Positions 39,294 through 50,073 are shown, counted from the first letter of the stretch. The stretch is 64,000 bases of DNA from Mobilisporobacter sp. (GCA_031549965.1 JAVBPB010000003.1:4690-68689), one strand, 5' to 3'. A program made the numbers and translations. Notes: a model not told the origin generated them from the sequence alone.

Positions 39294-40304
39294 ATGGCAG
39301 TAAAAGTAGCAATTAATGGTTTTGGACGTATTGGACGTCTTGCATTCAGACAAATGTTCGGGGCAGAAGGATATGAAATCGTAGCAATCAATGATTTAAC
39401 TAATCCAAAGATGTTAGCACACTTATTAAAATATGACTCAGCTCAAGGCAGATATGCTAAAGGTGATACAGTAGAAGCAAAAGAAGATTCAATCGTGGTA
39501 GATGGAAAAGAAATCAAAATCTACGCTCAAAGAGATCCTAAAGACCTTCCATGGGGAGAATTAGGAGTAGATGTAGTTTTAGAATGTACTGGATTCTTCG
39601 TAACTAAAGCTAAATCACAAGCACACATTGATGCAGGTGCTAAAAAAGTTGTTATTTCAGCTCCAGCAGGAGATGATCTTCCAACAGTTGTTTTCAGCGT
39701 AAATCATGATATATTAAAAGCAGAAGACACTATTATTTCAGCAGCTTCTTGTACAACTAACTGTTTAGCACCAATGGCAGATACATTAAACAAATTAGCA
39801 GCAGTTGAAAAAGGATTTATGACTACAATTCATGCATACACAGGAGATCAAATGACTCTTGACGGACCACATCCAAAAGGAGATTTAAGAAGAGCAAGAG
39901 CAGCAGCAGCAAACATCGTTCCTAACTCAACAGGTGCAGCTAAAGCAATCGGCTTAGTAGTTCCAGATTTAGCAGGAAAATTAGACGGAGCAGCTCAAAG
40001 AGTTCCAGTTCCAACAGGATCTTTAACTGAATTAGTAGCAGTAGTTAACGGTAAAGTTACAAAAGCAGACATTAATGCAGCTATGAAAGCAGCAGCTTCA
40101 GATTCATTTGGATATACAGAAGAAGAATTAGTTTCTTCAGATATCGTTGGAATTACTTATGGTTCATTATTTGATGCAACTCAAACAAAAGTAACAGATT
40201 TAGGAGACAAAACTTTAGTTAAAGTTGTTGCTTGGTATGATAATGAAAACTCATACACTAGCCAAATGGTTAGAACAATCAAATACTTTGCTGAATTAGC
40301 TTAA
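39294..40304 (+). CDS. gap: Type I glyceraldehyde-3-phosphate dehydrogenase
   Basis: INGFGRIGR, active site SCTTNCLAP. 336 aa. Confidence 0.96.
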   Translation: MAVKVAINGFGRIGRLAFRQMFGAEGYEIVAINDLTNPKMLAHLLKYDSAQGRYAKGDTVEAKEDSIVVDGKEIKIYAQRDPKDLPWGELGVDVVLECTGFFVTKAKSQAHIDAGAKKVVISAPAGDDLPTVVFSVNHDILKAEDTIISAASCTTNCLAPMADTLNKLAAVEKGFMTTIHAYTGDQMTLDGPHPKGDLRRARAAAANIVPNSTGAAKAIGLVVPDLAGKLDGAAQRVPVPTGSLTELVAVVNGKVTKADINAAMKAAASDSFGYTEEELVSSDIVGITYGSLFDATQTKVTDLGDKTLVKVVAWYDNENSYTSQMVRTIKYFAELA

Positions 40305-40325
40305 TTAAAATAAATAGATCCAAGT

Positions 40326-40375
40326 AATGGGTCCGGTCTTGTAGGTTAGACTTATAGGGCCGGCCCCATTTTTAT
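40326..40375 (+). terminator. GC-rich hairpin with T-run between gap and pgk (partial terminator or processing/stability element)
   Basis: AATGGGTCCGG...CCGGCCCCATT followed by TTTTTATTT. Confidence 0.55.
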
Positions 40376-40397
40376 TTATATAGAAAGGGGCATAACC

Positions 40398-41591
40398 ATG
40401 CTAAATAAAAAATCAGTAGATGATATTAATGTAAAAGGTCAAAGAGTATTAGTTAGATGTGACTTTAATGTTCCACTAAAAGAAGGACAAATTACCGATG
40501 AAAACCGTTTAGTAGCAGCACTTCCAACACTTAAGAAATTAATTAATGATGGCGGAAAACTTATCCTTTGCTCTCACCTTGGAAAACCAAAAGGAGAACC
40601 AAAACCAGAATTATCTCTTGCACCAGTTGCAAAAAGATTAGCTGAATTATTAGGTCAGGAAGTAAAGTTTGCTAAAGATGATAACGTTGTTGGAGATAAT
40701 GCTAAAGCGGCAGTAGAAGCAATGAACGACGGTGATGTTATTTTACTTGAGAATACACGTTACAGAGCAGAAGAAACTAAGAATGTAGATGCATTTAGCG
40801 AAGATTTGGCTTCTTTAGCTGATGTATTTGTAAATGATGCATTTGGAACAGCTCACAGAGCACATTGTTCTAATGTTGGTGTTACTAAATATGTTAAAAC
40901 AGCAGTAGTTGGATACTTAATGCAAAAAGAAATTGATTTCTTAGGTAATGCAGTTAACAATCCAGAAAGACCATTTGTAGCTATACTTGGCGGTTCAAAG
41001 GTTTCAAGTAAAATTTCTGTAATCAATAACCTTCTTGATAAAGTTGATACATTAATTATTGGCGGAGGTATGGCTTATACTTTCATGAAAGCTAACGGAG
41101 AAGAAGTTGGTATTTCAATGGTAGAAGCAGATTATCTTGATTATGCAAAAGATATGATGGTTAAAGCAAAAGAAAAGAATGTTAAATTTTTAATTCCAAT
41201 TGATTCAGTAGTTGCAAAAGAATTTTCAAATGATGCAGAATTTAAAACAGTTAACGAAGGTGAAATGGAAGAAGGATGGATGGGTCTTGATATTGGACCA
41301 AAATCACAAGCTCTTTATGCTGACGCTGTTAAAGATGCTAAAACAGTTGTTTGGAACGGACCTATGGGTGTATTTGAAATGTCAAATTATGCAGCAGGAA
41401 CAGTTGCAGTTGCTAAAGCTTTAGCTGAAATTAGTGCTACTACAATTATTGGTGGTGGAGATTCAGCAGCAGCAGTTAACATTTTAGGATTTGGCGATAA
41501 GATGACTCATATTTCAACTGGCGGCGGTGCATCTTTAGAATTCTTAGAAGGAAAAGAACTTCCAGGTGTTGCAGCAGCTAACGATAAATAA
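40398..41591 (+). CDS. pgk: Phosphoglycerate kinase
   Basis: [23 protein letters not shown]. Confidence 0.96.
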   Translation: MLNKKSVDDINVKGQRVLVRCDFNVPLKEGQITDENRLVAALPTLKKLINDGGKLILCSHLGKPKGEPKPELSLAPVAKRLAELLGQEVKFAKDDNVVGDNAKAAVEAMNDGDVILLENTRYRAEETKNVDAFSEDLASLADVFVNDAFGTAHRAHCSNVGVTKYVKTAVVGYLMQKEIDFLGNAVNNPERPFVAILGGSKVSSKISVINNLLDKVDTLIIGGGMAYTFMKANGEEVGISMVEADYLDYAKDMMVKAKEKNVKFLIPIDSVVAKEFSNDAEFKTVNEGEMEEGWMGLDIGPKSQALYADAVKDAKTVVWNGPMGVFEMSNYAAGTVAVAKALAEISATTIIGGGDSAAAVNILGFGDKMTHISTGGGASLEFLEGKELPGVAAANDK

Positions 41592-41611
41592 TTAAGTGAA
41601 AGAGGTTTAAT

Positions 41612-42358
41612 ATGCGTAAAATTATAGTAGCAGGAAATTGGAAGATGAACAAGACTCCAAAAGAAACTCTTGCATTAATAGAAGAATTAAAACCATTAGT
41701 AGTTTCTGATGATGTAGAAGTTGTATTTTGTACACCTTTTGTATCTTTAACAACTGCAATTGAAGCTGCGAAAGGCACAAACATTGGAATTGGTGCTCAA
41801 AACATGTATTTTGAAGAAAATGGTGCATTTACAGGAGAAGTTTCTCCAAAGATGCTTACTGAAATCGGAGTAAAATACGTAGTTTTAGGACATTCTGAAA
41901 GAAGACAATACTTTGGAGAAACTGATGAAACAGTTAATAAAAAAGTATTAAAAGCACTAGAACATGGTTTAGTTCCAATTGTTTGCTGTGGTGAATCATT
42001 AACACAAAGAGAACAGGGAATTACAATAGACCTTGTTCGCCAGCAGATAAAAATAGCATTTTTAAACGTATCAAAAGAAGATGCTAAAAAATCAGTTATT
42101 GCTTACGAACCAATCTGGGCTATAGGAACTGGTAAGGTTGCAACAACACAACAAGCTCAGGAAGTATGTGCTGCAATTCGTCAGGTGATTAAAGAAATCT
42201 ATGACGTAGAAGTTTCAGATGCAATCCGTATACAATACGGCGGAAGTGTTACTGCTGACAGTGCAAAAGAATTGTTTGAACAAGCAGATATTGACGGCGG
42301 ATTAGTTGGCGGTGCAAGCTTAAAAGCAGATTTTGGTAAAATTGTTAATTACAAATAA
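41612..42358 (+). CDS. tpiA: Triose-phosphate isomerase
   Basis: [31 protein letters not shown]. Confidence 0.96.
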   Translation: MRKIIVAGNWKMNKTPKETLALIEELKPLVVSDDVEVVFCTPFVSLTTAIEAAKGTNIGIGAQNMYFEENGAFTGEVSPKMLTEIGVKYVVLGHSERRQYFGETDETVNKKVLKALEHGLVPIVCCGESLTQREQGITIDLVRQQIKIAFLNVSKEDAKKSVIAYEPIWAIGTGKVATTQQAQEVCAAIRQVIKEIYDVEVSDAIRIQYGGSVTADSAKELFEQADIDGGLVGGASLKADFGKIVNYK

Positions 42359-42379
42359 TATAAATGTACTTATTAACAT

Positions 42380-42416
42380 ACTTTAGGTGAGGTGAGAAAC
42401 CTCATCTAAAGTTTTA
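42380..42416 (+). terminator. Hairpin with T-run after tpiA
   Basis: 12-bp stem CTTTAGGTGAGG / CCTCATCTAAAG followed by TTTT. Confidence 0.6.
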
Positions 42417-42444
42417 TATATTTAATTTAAAAGGAGTAAATTCA

Positions 42445-43983
42445 ATGAGTAAAAAACCTACAGTTTTAATGATATTAGATGGTTATGGACTAAATGAAAA
42501 ATCAGAAGGTAATGCAATTGCTAATGCAAAAACTCCTGTTATTGATAAATTAATGGCAGAATGTCCATTTGTTGAAGGAAATGCAAGTGGTATGGCTGTT
42601 GGACTTCCTGAAGGTCAAATGGGACATTCAGAAGTAGGACATATTAATATGGGTGCAGGAAGAATTGTATACCAAGAGCTTACAAGAATTACAAAAGAAA
42701 TAAATGATGGAGATTTTTTTAAGAACGAAGTACTATTATCTGCAATTGAAAACTGTAAGAATAATAACTCAGATCTTCATCTGTATGGCTTAGTTTCAGA
42801 TGGAGGAGTTCATAGCCACAACACACATTTATATGCTATCTTAGAACTTGCTAAGCAGCAAGGATTTAATAATGTGTATGTACATGCATTTTTAGATGGA
42901 AGAGATACAGCTCCAACATCTGGTAAAGGTTTTGTTGAGGATTTAGTTAAAAAGATGGACGAAATTGGAGTAGGTAAAGTAGCTACCGTAATGGGTCGTT
43001 ACTATGCAATGGATAGAGATAACAGATGGGACAGAGTTGAAAAGGCATATTTAGCACTTACAAAAGGTGAGGGAGAAACAGCAGATTGTCCTGTATGTGC
43101 AATTCAAAATTCATACGAATCTGGTAATAATGATGAGTTTGTTCTACCAACTATTATTTTAAATAATGGAAAACCAACTGCAATAATTAAAGAAAAAGAT
43201 TCAGTTATATTCTTTAACTTTAGGCCAGACCGTGCAAGAGAAATAACAAGAGCTTTTTGTGATGAAGAATTTAATGGATTTAAAAGAACATTTATAAAAC
43301 TTACTTATGTATGTTTCTCTGAATATGATTTAACAATTCCTAATAAGACAGTTGCATTTAATAAAATTTCAATAAATGATACATTTGGAGAATTTCTTTC
43401 GGCAAACAATAAAACTCAATTAAGACTTGCTGAAACTGAAAAATATGCTCATGTTACTTTCTTTTTCAATGCAGGAGTTGAAGTTCCAAACAAAGGTGAA
43501 GAAAGAATATTAGTTAATTCTCCTAAGGTTGCTACTTACGATTTACAGCCTGAAATGAGTGCTTTAAAAGTAGCTGAAAATCTTGTTGAAGCTATTAAAT
43601 CAGAAAAGTATGACGTTATTGTTGTAAACTTTGCTAATCCGGATATGGTTGGTCATACTGGAATGGAAAATGCAGCAATAAAAGCAATTGAAACGGTTGA
43701 TAATTGTGTAGGAATGGCAGTAGAAGCATTAAAATCTGTAGATGGACAGATGTTTATTTGTGCAGATCATGGCAATGCAGAACAATTAGTTGACTATGTA
43801 ACGGGTGAAAGCTTTACAGCACATACAATAAATCCTGTGCCATTTATTTTAGTTAATTATGATGAAGCTTTTGGTTTAAGAGAAGGTGGATGTCTTGCAG
43901 ATATTGCACCAACATTAATTGAAATGATGGGTATGACTAAGCCTGAAGCTATGACTGGGAAATCATTATTACTTAAAAAATAA
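42445..43983 (+). CDS. gpmI: 2,3-bisphosphoglycerate-independent phosphoglycerate mutase
   Basis: ILDGYG, the catalytic Ser region reads GQMGHSEVGHINMGAGR, ...ADHGNAE. Confidence 0.95.
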   Translation: MSKKPTVLMILDGYGLNEKSEGNAIANAKTPVIDKLMAECPFVEGNASGMAVGLPEGQMGHSEVGHINMGAGRIVYQELTRITKEINDGDFFKNEVLLSAIENCKNNNSDLHLYGLVSDGGVHSHNTHLYAILELAKQQGFNNVYVHAFLDGRDTAPTSGKGFVEDLVKKMDEIGVGKVATVMGRYYAMDRDNRWDRVEKAYLALTKGEGETADCPVCAIQNSYESGNNDEFVLPTIILNNGKPTAIIKEKDSVIFFNFRPDRAREITRAFCDEEFNGFKRTFIKLTYVCFSEYDLTIPNKTVAFNKISINDTFGEFLSANNKTQLRLAETEKYAHVTFFFNAGVEVPNKGEERILVNSPKVATYDLQPEMSALKVAENLVEAIKSEKYDVIVVNFANPDMVGHTGMENAAIKAIETVDNCVGMAVEALKSVDGQMFICADHGNAEQLVDYVTGESFTAHTINPVPFILVNYDEAFGLREGGCLADIAPTLIEMMGMTKPEAMTGKSLLLKK

Positions 43984-44058
43984 ATAATTTTATTGTAATA
44001 GTTTGAAAGATATGATAGAATAGTGAAAGCTAAGTTAAGATTATAGGAGGTGTATGAA

Positions 44059-44298
44059 TTGGTAGTACTTAGAATAATTGCAACAATTATATTTGTTATT
44101 GCTTGTATAGCATTAACTATTTTGGTATTATTACAAGAAGGTAAATCAGCAGGTTTATCTGGAACAATCAATGGTATGGCAGACACTTATTGGGGTAAGA
44201 ATAAAGGGCGTTCTATGGAAGGTGCTCTTGTAAAAGCTACAAAAATCTTAGGTTTCGTGTTTGTTGTTGGAGCATTAGTACTTAATTTAAATTGGTAA
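44059..44298 (+). CDS. secG: Preprotein translocase subunit SecG
   Basis: ...VLLQEGKSAGLSG... is the SecG signature; two TM helices. TTG at 44059 is 8 nt after AGGAGG. GTG at 44050 (ORF-track start) is the alternative. Confidence 0.85.
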   Translation: MVVLRIIATIIFVIACIALTILVLLQEGKSAGLSGTINGMADTYWGKNKGRSMEGALVKATKILGFVFVVGALVLNLNW

Positions 44299-44304
44299 TA
44301 ATTT

Positions 44305-44330
44305 AAGAGTGCCTTATGGGCACTCTTTTT
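44305..44330 (+). terminator. Rho-independent terminator after secG
   Basis: AAGAGTGCC / GGCACTCTT stem followed by TTT. Confidence 0.75.
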
Positions 44331-44434
44331 AATCCTTATAAAAAGTAAAACCCTAAAAAGAAGTATACTAATTTATAATTTTTGTGCTATACTATTTATA
44401 TTATGAATAATTTTTAGATAGGAGTTTGATCTTT

Positions 44435-46573
44435 ATGGATAGAGAAAGTATGGGACAAAAAAAGAAAATAGTTTATGATGTAATATATAGTAATGAATAT
44501 GAGCCTTTAAAGTTTAAAGAATTATCAATGTTATTGAGGGTTCCAAAAGAAGAAAAAGATGATCTGCGAATTGTATTGGAAGAACTTATATTAGAAGGAA
44601 AAATAGTTTTAAAACCAAATGGCAGATATGTAAAAGCAGATGGCAATATAGTAGTTGGAGTTTTTGAAGGAACACAAAGAGGTTTTGGATTTGTGACTGT
44701 TGAAGGTTTGGAAGAAGATATATTCATATCTGAAAGTGATGTTAAGGGTGCAATGCATAAAGACATAGTTCAGGTTAGAATCAGCACAAAGCAAACCGGC
44801 AAAAGAAAAGAAGGAGAAATAATTCAAGTTCTTGAAAGATCAACTACTCAGGTTGTAGGAACCTATGAAAAGAGTAAAAATTTTGGTTTTGTTATATGTG
44901 ATAATCAAAAGTTTGGAAAAGATATATTTATACCAAAAGGAGTGGATAAGGGCGCAGTTACAGGTCATAAGGTAGTTGTAAAAATTACTGATTTTGGTTC
45001 AAAAGATAAGAAGCCAGAGGGTAAAATTGTAGAAATAATAGGTCATATAAATGATCCGGGGACTGATATTATGTCCATAATAAAAGCATTTAATTTGCCT
45101 GTAGAATTTCCAAAACCTGTGCTAAGACAATTAGATAATATCCCTGATACTGTTGACGGTAAAGATTTTTCTGGAAGGCTTGATCTTAGACATTTGCAAA
45201 CAGTTACAATTGATGGTGAAGATGCAAAAGATTTAGATGATGCAATAACCATTTCAAAAGAAGGAGATATTTATAAATTAGGTGTTCATATAGCCGATGT
45301 AACAAATTATGTAACGGAAGACTCCCCACTTGATGAAGAAGCATTAAAAAGAGGTACCAGTGTTTACTTAGTAGATAGGGTTATTCCTATGTTGCCTCAT
45401 AAATTATCTAATGGAATATGTTCTTTAAATGCAGGTGAAGACAGACTTTCTTTAAGCTGTATAATGGATATAGACAAAAAAGGAGTTGTAGTGGGTCATA
45501 AATTAGCCGAAACAATAATAAACGTTGACCGAAGAATGACCTACACAAGTGTTAAAAAGATTTTAGAAGATCATGATGAAGAAGAATGCAAAGAATATAA
45601 AGAATTTGCTCCAATGTTTGAATTAATGCTTGAGTTGGCAACAATATTAAAAGAAAAAAGAAAACAGCGTGGTGCTATAGATTTTGATTTTCCAGAAAGC
45701 AAAATAATTCTTGACAAAAAGGGTCATCCAATAGAAATAAAACCATATGAAAGAAATAAGGCAACAAAGATTATAGAAGATTTTATGCTAATTGCCAATG
45801 AAACCGTTGCCGAAGATATGTTTTGGCAGGAACTGCCTTTTGTATATAGAACCCATGATACCCCAGATCCTGAAAAAATAGAAAAACTTTCAATGTTCAT
45901 TAATAATTTCGGATACACAATGAGAACAGGAAATGACGATATACACCCTAAAGAATTACAAAAGCTTTTATTTAAAATTGAGGATACTCCTGAAGAAGCA
46001 CTTATAAGCAGATTAACACTTAGATCTATGAAACAGGCAAGATACAAACACATTTGTGAAGGTCACTTTGGACTTTCAACCAAATATTATTGCCATTTTA
46101 CTTCACCAATAAGACGTTATCCGGATTTACAAATCCATAGAATAATTAAGGAAAACCTAAGAGGCGGATTAAATGAAAAAAGAGTTAAACACTATGAAAA
46201 AGTAGTTCCTGATGTTTCACTTAAGTCTAGTACCACTGAAAGAAGGGCTGAGGAATCAGAGAGAGAAGTGGTAAAACTTAAAAAGGTTGAATTTATGGAA
46301 GATTACATTGGGAAAGTATTTGAAGGTGTAATATCTTCTGTAACTAATTGGGGTATGTATGTGGAGCTTCCAAATACTGTAGAAGGAATGATACATGTTA
46401 CCAGCTTAAAAGATGATTATTATTTCTTTGACGAAGAACATTACATGTTAGTTGGTGAACACACTCATAAACAATATAAGTTAGGTGAAAAAATTAAGAT
46501 TGTAGTTATAAAAACTGATAAGATTACAAGAACAATAGATTTTGAATTGGCAGAAGAAGAAACTGAGGATTAA
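44435..46573 (+). CDS. rnr: Ribonuclease R
   Basis: Cold-shock/OB N-terminal domains, RNB catalytic domain ([13 protein letters not shown]), C-terminal S1 domain. ATG at 44435 is 10 nt after GGAG. Confidence 0.93.
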   Translation: MDRESMGQKKKIVYDVIYSNEYEPLKFKELSMLLRVPKEEKDDLRIVLEELILEGKIVLKPNGRYVKADGNIVVGVFEGTQRGFGFVTVEGLEEDIFISESDVKGAMHKDIVQVRISTKQTGKRKEGEIIQVLERSTTQVVGTYEKSKNFGFVICDNQKFGKDIFIPKGVDKGAVTGHKVVVKITDFGSKDKKPEGKIVEIIGHINDPGTDIMSIIKAFNLPVEFPKPVLRQLDNIPDTVDGKDFSGRLDLRHLQTVTIDGEDAKDLDDAITISKEGDIYKLGVHIADVTNYVTEDSPLDEEALKRGTSVYLVDRVIPMLPHKLSNGICSLNAGEDRLSLSCIMDIDKKGVVVGHKLAETIINVDRRMTYTSVKKILEDHDEEECKEYKEFAPMFELMLELATILKEKRKQRGAIDFDFPESKIILDKKGHPIEIKPYERNKATKIIEDFMLIANETVAEDMFWQELPFVYRTHDTPDPEKIEKLSMFINNFGYTMRTGNDDIHPKELQKLLFKIEDTPEEALISRLTLRSMKQARYKHICEGHFGLSTKYYCHFTSPIRRYPDLQIHRIIKENLRGGLNEKRVKHYEKVVPDVSLKSSTTERRAEESEREVVKLKKVEFMEDYIGKVFEGVISSVTNWGMYVELPNTVEGMIHVTSLKDDYYFFDEEHYMLVGEHTHKQYKLGEKIKIVVIKTDKITRTIDFELAEEETED

Positions 46574-46590
46574 CAAATTTTTTAAAGGGG

Positions 46591-47067
46591 ATGAAAAAGT
46601 TGTCTAAAGATAGTGTTAAAATGGTTGCAAATAACAAAAAAGCAAGATTTGATTATTTTATAGAAGATACATTTGAAGTTGGAATTGTATTACATGGTAC
46701 GGAAGTTAAATCACTTAGAATGGGAAAATGTAGCGTAAAAGAATCTTTTATAAGAGCTGACAAAGGTGAACTATTCATTTATAATATGCACATAAGTCCA
46801 TATGAAAAAGGAAATATATTTAATAAAGATCCACTTAGAACCAGAAAATTACTTCTTCACAAATATGAGATAAACAAAATATTGGGTCAAGTCGCTCAAA
46901 AAGGTTTTACCATAGTTCCTTTAAATGTATATTTTAGAGGAAGCCTTTGCAAGATGGAGATAGGATTAGCAAGAGGTAAGAAATTATATGATAAAAGGCA
47001 GGATATTGCTAAAAAAGATCAAAAACGAGAAGCAGAAAAAGAATTTAAAGTAAAAAATCTTATGTAA
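46591..47067 (+). CDS. smpB: SsrA-binding protein SmpB
   Basis: ...[29 protein letters not shown].... The exact start is uncertain (ATG 46591, TTG 46600 or ATG 46621). Confidence 0.92.
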   Translation: MKKLSKDSVKMVANNKKARFDYFIEDTFEVGIVLHGTEVKSLRMGKCSVKESFIRADKGELFIYNMHISPYEKGNIFNKDPLRTRKLLLHKYEINKILGQVAQKGFTIVPLNVYFRGSLCKMEIGLARGKKLYDKRQDIAKKDQKREAEKEFKVKNLM

Positions 47068-47073
47068 TAAAGA

Positions 47074-47115
47074 TTCATTCTGTAACTATGCTTATATTTG
47101 CATTTACAGAATGAA
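47074..47115 (+). other. 12-bp perfect stem-loop in the 68-nt smpB-hisS spacer, no U-tract
   Basis: TTCATTCTGTAA...TTACAGAATGAA, followed by CTCAAAAAGGAGG (the hisS RBS). Confidence 0.6.
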
Positions 47116-47135
47116 CTCAAAAAGGAGGATATGTA

Positions 47136-48404
47136 ATGAAAATTAATCCTGTAAAAGGAACCAATGATTTTCTGCCTGAAGAAATGGAACTAAGGGATAA
47201 TATGCAGGACAGAATTCTTAAAGTATATAGAAGTAATGGTTTTGAAAGAGTTTCAACACCGATTATTGAATCACTTGAAAACCTTAATAAAAGTGATGGG
47301 GGAGAAAATTTAAATCTTATTTTCAACGTATTAAAAAGAGGAGATAAATTTAAGAGGGCAGTTGAAAATATAAAAAATTTAATTGAAAATGAAGGAACGG
47401 CTAACGAACTTTCAGACATTGGCTTAAGATACGATCTTACATTACCATTAAGCAGATATTTTGTAAATAATAGAAATAACCTTAAGCCGCCATATAAGTT
47501 TATTCAAATTGATCGTGTTTATAGAGCTGAAAAGCCTCAAAGAGGAAGAAACAGAGAATTTATGCAATGCGACATAGATATGATAGGCATTGATTCCCCT
47601 AATGCAGAAATTGAATTAATACTTACAACAGGAAAAGCTTTGGAATCAGTAGGAATAACCGATTATTGTATTAGAATAAATGACAGAAGAATTCTTAGAG
47701 GATTTCTGATTTCAATAGGATTTAATGAGGACATGCTTGATGGTGTTTGTATAACAATTGACAAGGCTGATAAGGTTAGCACTAATGATATGTGTTTTGA
47801 ACTTCTTGAAAAAGGATGCAGTGAAAAAGCAGTTGAATTATTAAAAGAAGTGATTAATACACAAAATCCAAGTCTTAAACAAATAACTGAAAATATTGAT
47901 AATGAAGAATATACTAAAAATTTGGAATATATCATTGACTCCATAGATGCTATATCAAATGGAGCTGTAAAAGTAGTATTTGACTGGAAACTGGTAAGAG
48001 GACAGGGATATTATACAGGAATAGTATTTGAGATTGAAAGCAGTGAATTTGGTGGAACTATAGGCGGTGGAGGAAGATACGACAATATGATTGGAAAATT
48101 TGCAAATGAAAATTTATCCGCTGTAGGATTTTCCATAGGATTTGAACGTATATACACAATACTAAAAGAAAAAGGATATAGATTTGAGGATTCACAGAAG
48201 AAAGCTGTTGTAATATATGAAAAAAATTCCTTTACAAAAGCCTATAAAGAAGCTGAAAAATTAAGATTAGAATATCAAGTTAAGATGTGTGAAAAACCTA
48301 AAAAATTAGGAAATTTATTAAACGCATTTGAATCAACTGGATATAAAGGATTTGTATTAGTTGACAATAATAATGAACCACAGTTCAAAGAATTTAAAAA
48401 CTAG
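47136..48404 (+). CDS. hisS: Histidine--tRNA ligase, archaeal/eukaryote-like subtype
   Basis: Class II motif 2 (YRAEKPQRGRNREFMQCDIDMIG), motif 3 region GGGGRYD. The HisA-box region reads GLRYDLTLPLSRY, the eukaryotic/archaeal LRYDLTVPFARY type. C-terminal anticodon-binding-like domain is present. Confidence 0.85.
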   Translation: MKINPVKGTNDFLPEEMELRDNMQDRILKVYRSNGFERVSTPIIESLENLNKSDGGENLNLIFNVLKRGDKFKRAVENIKNLIENEGTANELSDIGLRYDLTLPLSRYFVNNRNNLKPPYKFIQIDRVYRAEKPQRGRNREFMQCDIDMIGIDSPNAEIELILTTGKALESVGITDYCIRINDRRILRGFLISIGFNEDMLDGVCITIDKADKVSTNDMCFELLEKGCSEKAVELLKEVINTQNPSLKQITENIDNEEYTKNLEYIIDSIDAISNGAVKVVFDWKLVRGQGYYTGIVFEIESSEFGGTIGGGGRYDNMIGKFANENLSAVGFSIGFERIYTILKEKGYRFEDSQKKAVVIYEKNSFTKAYKEAEKLRLEYQVKMCEKPKKLGNLLNAFESTGYKGFVLVDNNNEPQFKEFKN

Positions 48405-48443
48405 AATCTTATAGGTATTTAGTGAGCTCATGATATCCGAGGC

Positions 48444-48595
48444 ACACCTAATTTTATAAATCCTCATATACTTAACACATGTTATTTGCACCATAAATGA
48501 GTTTGCCGTTAGTCAGAGAGGATACCACTCCAATCTTTCTATCGCCTTACCCAGGTATATAACTGATGTCAAGTATATAAGGATTTACTGGGTGT
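48444..48595 (+). other. About 150-nt element closed by a 17-bp (16/17) long-range inverted repeat; candidate structured ncRNA (6S-like?) or MITE-like remnant
   Basis: TAAATCCTCATATACTT (48457-48473) pairs with AAGTATATAAGGATTTA (48571-48587). Outer ACACC (48444-48448) pairs with GGTGT (48591-48595). Inner hairpin AGAGAGG...ATCTTTCT. No ORF. Confidence 0.35.
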
Positions 48596-48596
48596 A

Positions 48597-49724
48597 TTAG
48601 TATCTAAAAAGGGTCTTTATGTTACCGGAAGCAGTTTGAGCAAGTAATTTATATTCAGGGTTTATTCCTACTGTAGCATTAGCATGATTTCCTTTTTTAT
48701 TATAAAAACATTCAAATTCAGACTTAATAGAACCAGAATGGCATCTACACTCAAAATTAAAACTAATATTTTTAGATACATAAATAACAACATTACCAGA
48801 TGTAGCCGAAAACTCACAATCCCCTGAAAGGGTGCAAAGTTCAATTTTATTATTTCCCGAAAAGGTCTCAATAAACCCTGAACCATTAAAACTTGATATA
48901 TTAGTGTTACCAGAGGTTACTTTTGCATTAATTTTCCCAGTCATATCTCGAATCTTTAGATTACCGGATGTAAGCTTAAAATTATGTAAAGTACCAAAAA
49001 TTTTGTCAATAGTAATATTTCCAGAGGTACACTTCATAGAGCCATCGCCTATTAATACATCAATATTAATATTCCCAGAAACACTATTTAGTGCATAACT
49101 ATTACATTTAATATTTGTCATTTCAATATTCCCAGAGATAGCCTTAAAACCAAGATAATTAAAAGTAGCTTCATGTGATATATTAATTTTACCTGAAAAA
49201 CTGTTAACATCAAGGTTTCCATTATAATTTACCGGAAGATAAACCTCAAGTCTCTCAAAAAGAGTTAAAAATGGAATAAACCAATTAGGTCTTTCCTGTT
49301 TGATAATTAATTCATCTCCAACTCTTTCAGTAGTTATAGTGCTTCTAATTTGTTTTTTATATCTGGTTGTTACAACCTTTGCTTCGATAGTATTATTAGA
49401 TGGAAAAAATACAACATCAAGACTAAATACATTAATCTTAATAGTATTAACTAATTGCACAGATTGTTCTTCATTATTTTCAATATTTATTTTTTCAGTA
49501 GCCTCATTAATTTGAGCATTAATATATTTAATCAATTCTTCAGGATCACCAATACCATCAATAACCATTTCATATGCAGTACCTTCATCTTTTCCAATAT
49601 CTATTAAATCATTAAACTTTTCAACAAGGTTAACAATAATTTCTTCTTTTAAATCAATAGTAAATTCGCTTTCAGGAATCGATTTAAAAATATCATTTAT
49701 ATATTCGGTTATTTTTCCAGTCAT
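48597..49724 (-). CDS. HAAS/DUF1700-like N-terminal domain fused to a DUF4097 beta-strand-repeat domain
   Basis: N-terminus ...ITEYINDIFKSIPES...LVEKFNDLIDIGKDEGTAYEMVIDGIGDPEELI (DUF1700-like). The C-terminal half has about nine (S/T)SGN(I/L/V)x(I/M) repeats typical of DUF4097. ATG at 49724 is preferred over the TTG at 49757. Confidence 0.7.
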   Translation of the reverse strand: MTGKITEYINDIFKSIPESEFTIDLKEEIIVNLVEKFNDLIDIGKDEGTAYEMVIDGIGDPEELIKYINAQINEATEKINIENNEEQSVQLVNTIKINVFSLDVVFFPSNNTIEAKVVTTRYKKQIRSTITTERVGDELIIKQERPNWFIPFLTLFERLEVYLPVNYNGNLDVNSFSGKINISHEATFNYLGFKAISGNIEMTNIKCNSYALNSVSGNINIDVLIGDGSMKCTSGNITIDKIFGTLHNFKLTSGNLKIRDMTGKINAKVTSGNTNISSFNGSGFIETFSGNNKIELCTLSGDCEFSATSGNVVIYVSKNISFNFECRCHSGSIKSEFECFYNKKGNHANATVGINPEYKLLAQTASGNIKTLFRY

Positions 49725-49746
49725 AATTATTAATTCCTTTCTAAAT

Positions 49747-50073
49747 TTATTCTTCAATCAACAAATCGATCATATTTTTAGTTTCCTGCCATTCTTCCAC
49801 ATTTTTAAAAAATGAATTTTTTCCTAACTCAGTTATTCTATAATACTTTCTTCTTGCCCCTCTATCTTCATCTCCCCAATAAGACTCTATAAATTGAGCA
49901 GTTTCAAGTCTTCTAAAAGCAGTATACAAAGTTGCCTCTTTAATCTCATAGCCACCATTAGTTTTTTTAATAACAGACTTATTAATTTGGTAACCATAGC
50001 TATCTTTTTTCAAAAGCTGAGCTAAAATTATAGTTTCAGTATGACCACGTATCAAATCTGATGTAATTGACAT
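49747..50073 (-). CDS. PadR-family transcriptional regulator
   Basis: ...ILAQLLKKDSYGYQINK...EATLYTAFRRLETAQFIESYWGDE..GARRKYYRITELGK, the canonical PadR winged helix. Confidence 0.9.
   Translation of the reverse strand: MSITSDLIRGHTETIILAQLLKKDSYGYQINKSVIKKTNGGYEIKEATLYTAFRRLETAQFIESYWGDEDRGARRKYYRITELGKNSFFKNVEEWQETKNMIDLLIEE

Noticed and set aside
41212-41828. Short alternative-frame ORFs within pgk and tpiA (41212-41424 +, 41578-41784 -, 41622-41828 -).
   Set aside because: They are embedded in highly conserved glycolytic genes, and their translations are low-complexity (Gln/Leu/Lys-rich).
47068-47135. T-box riboswitch upstream of hisS.
   Set aside because: The spacer is only 68 nt. 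It contains one simple hairpin and no specifier-loop/T-box (AGGGUGGNACCGCG-like) sequence.
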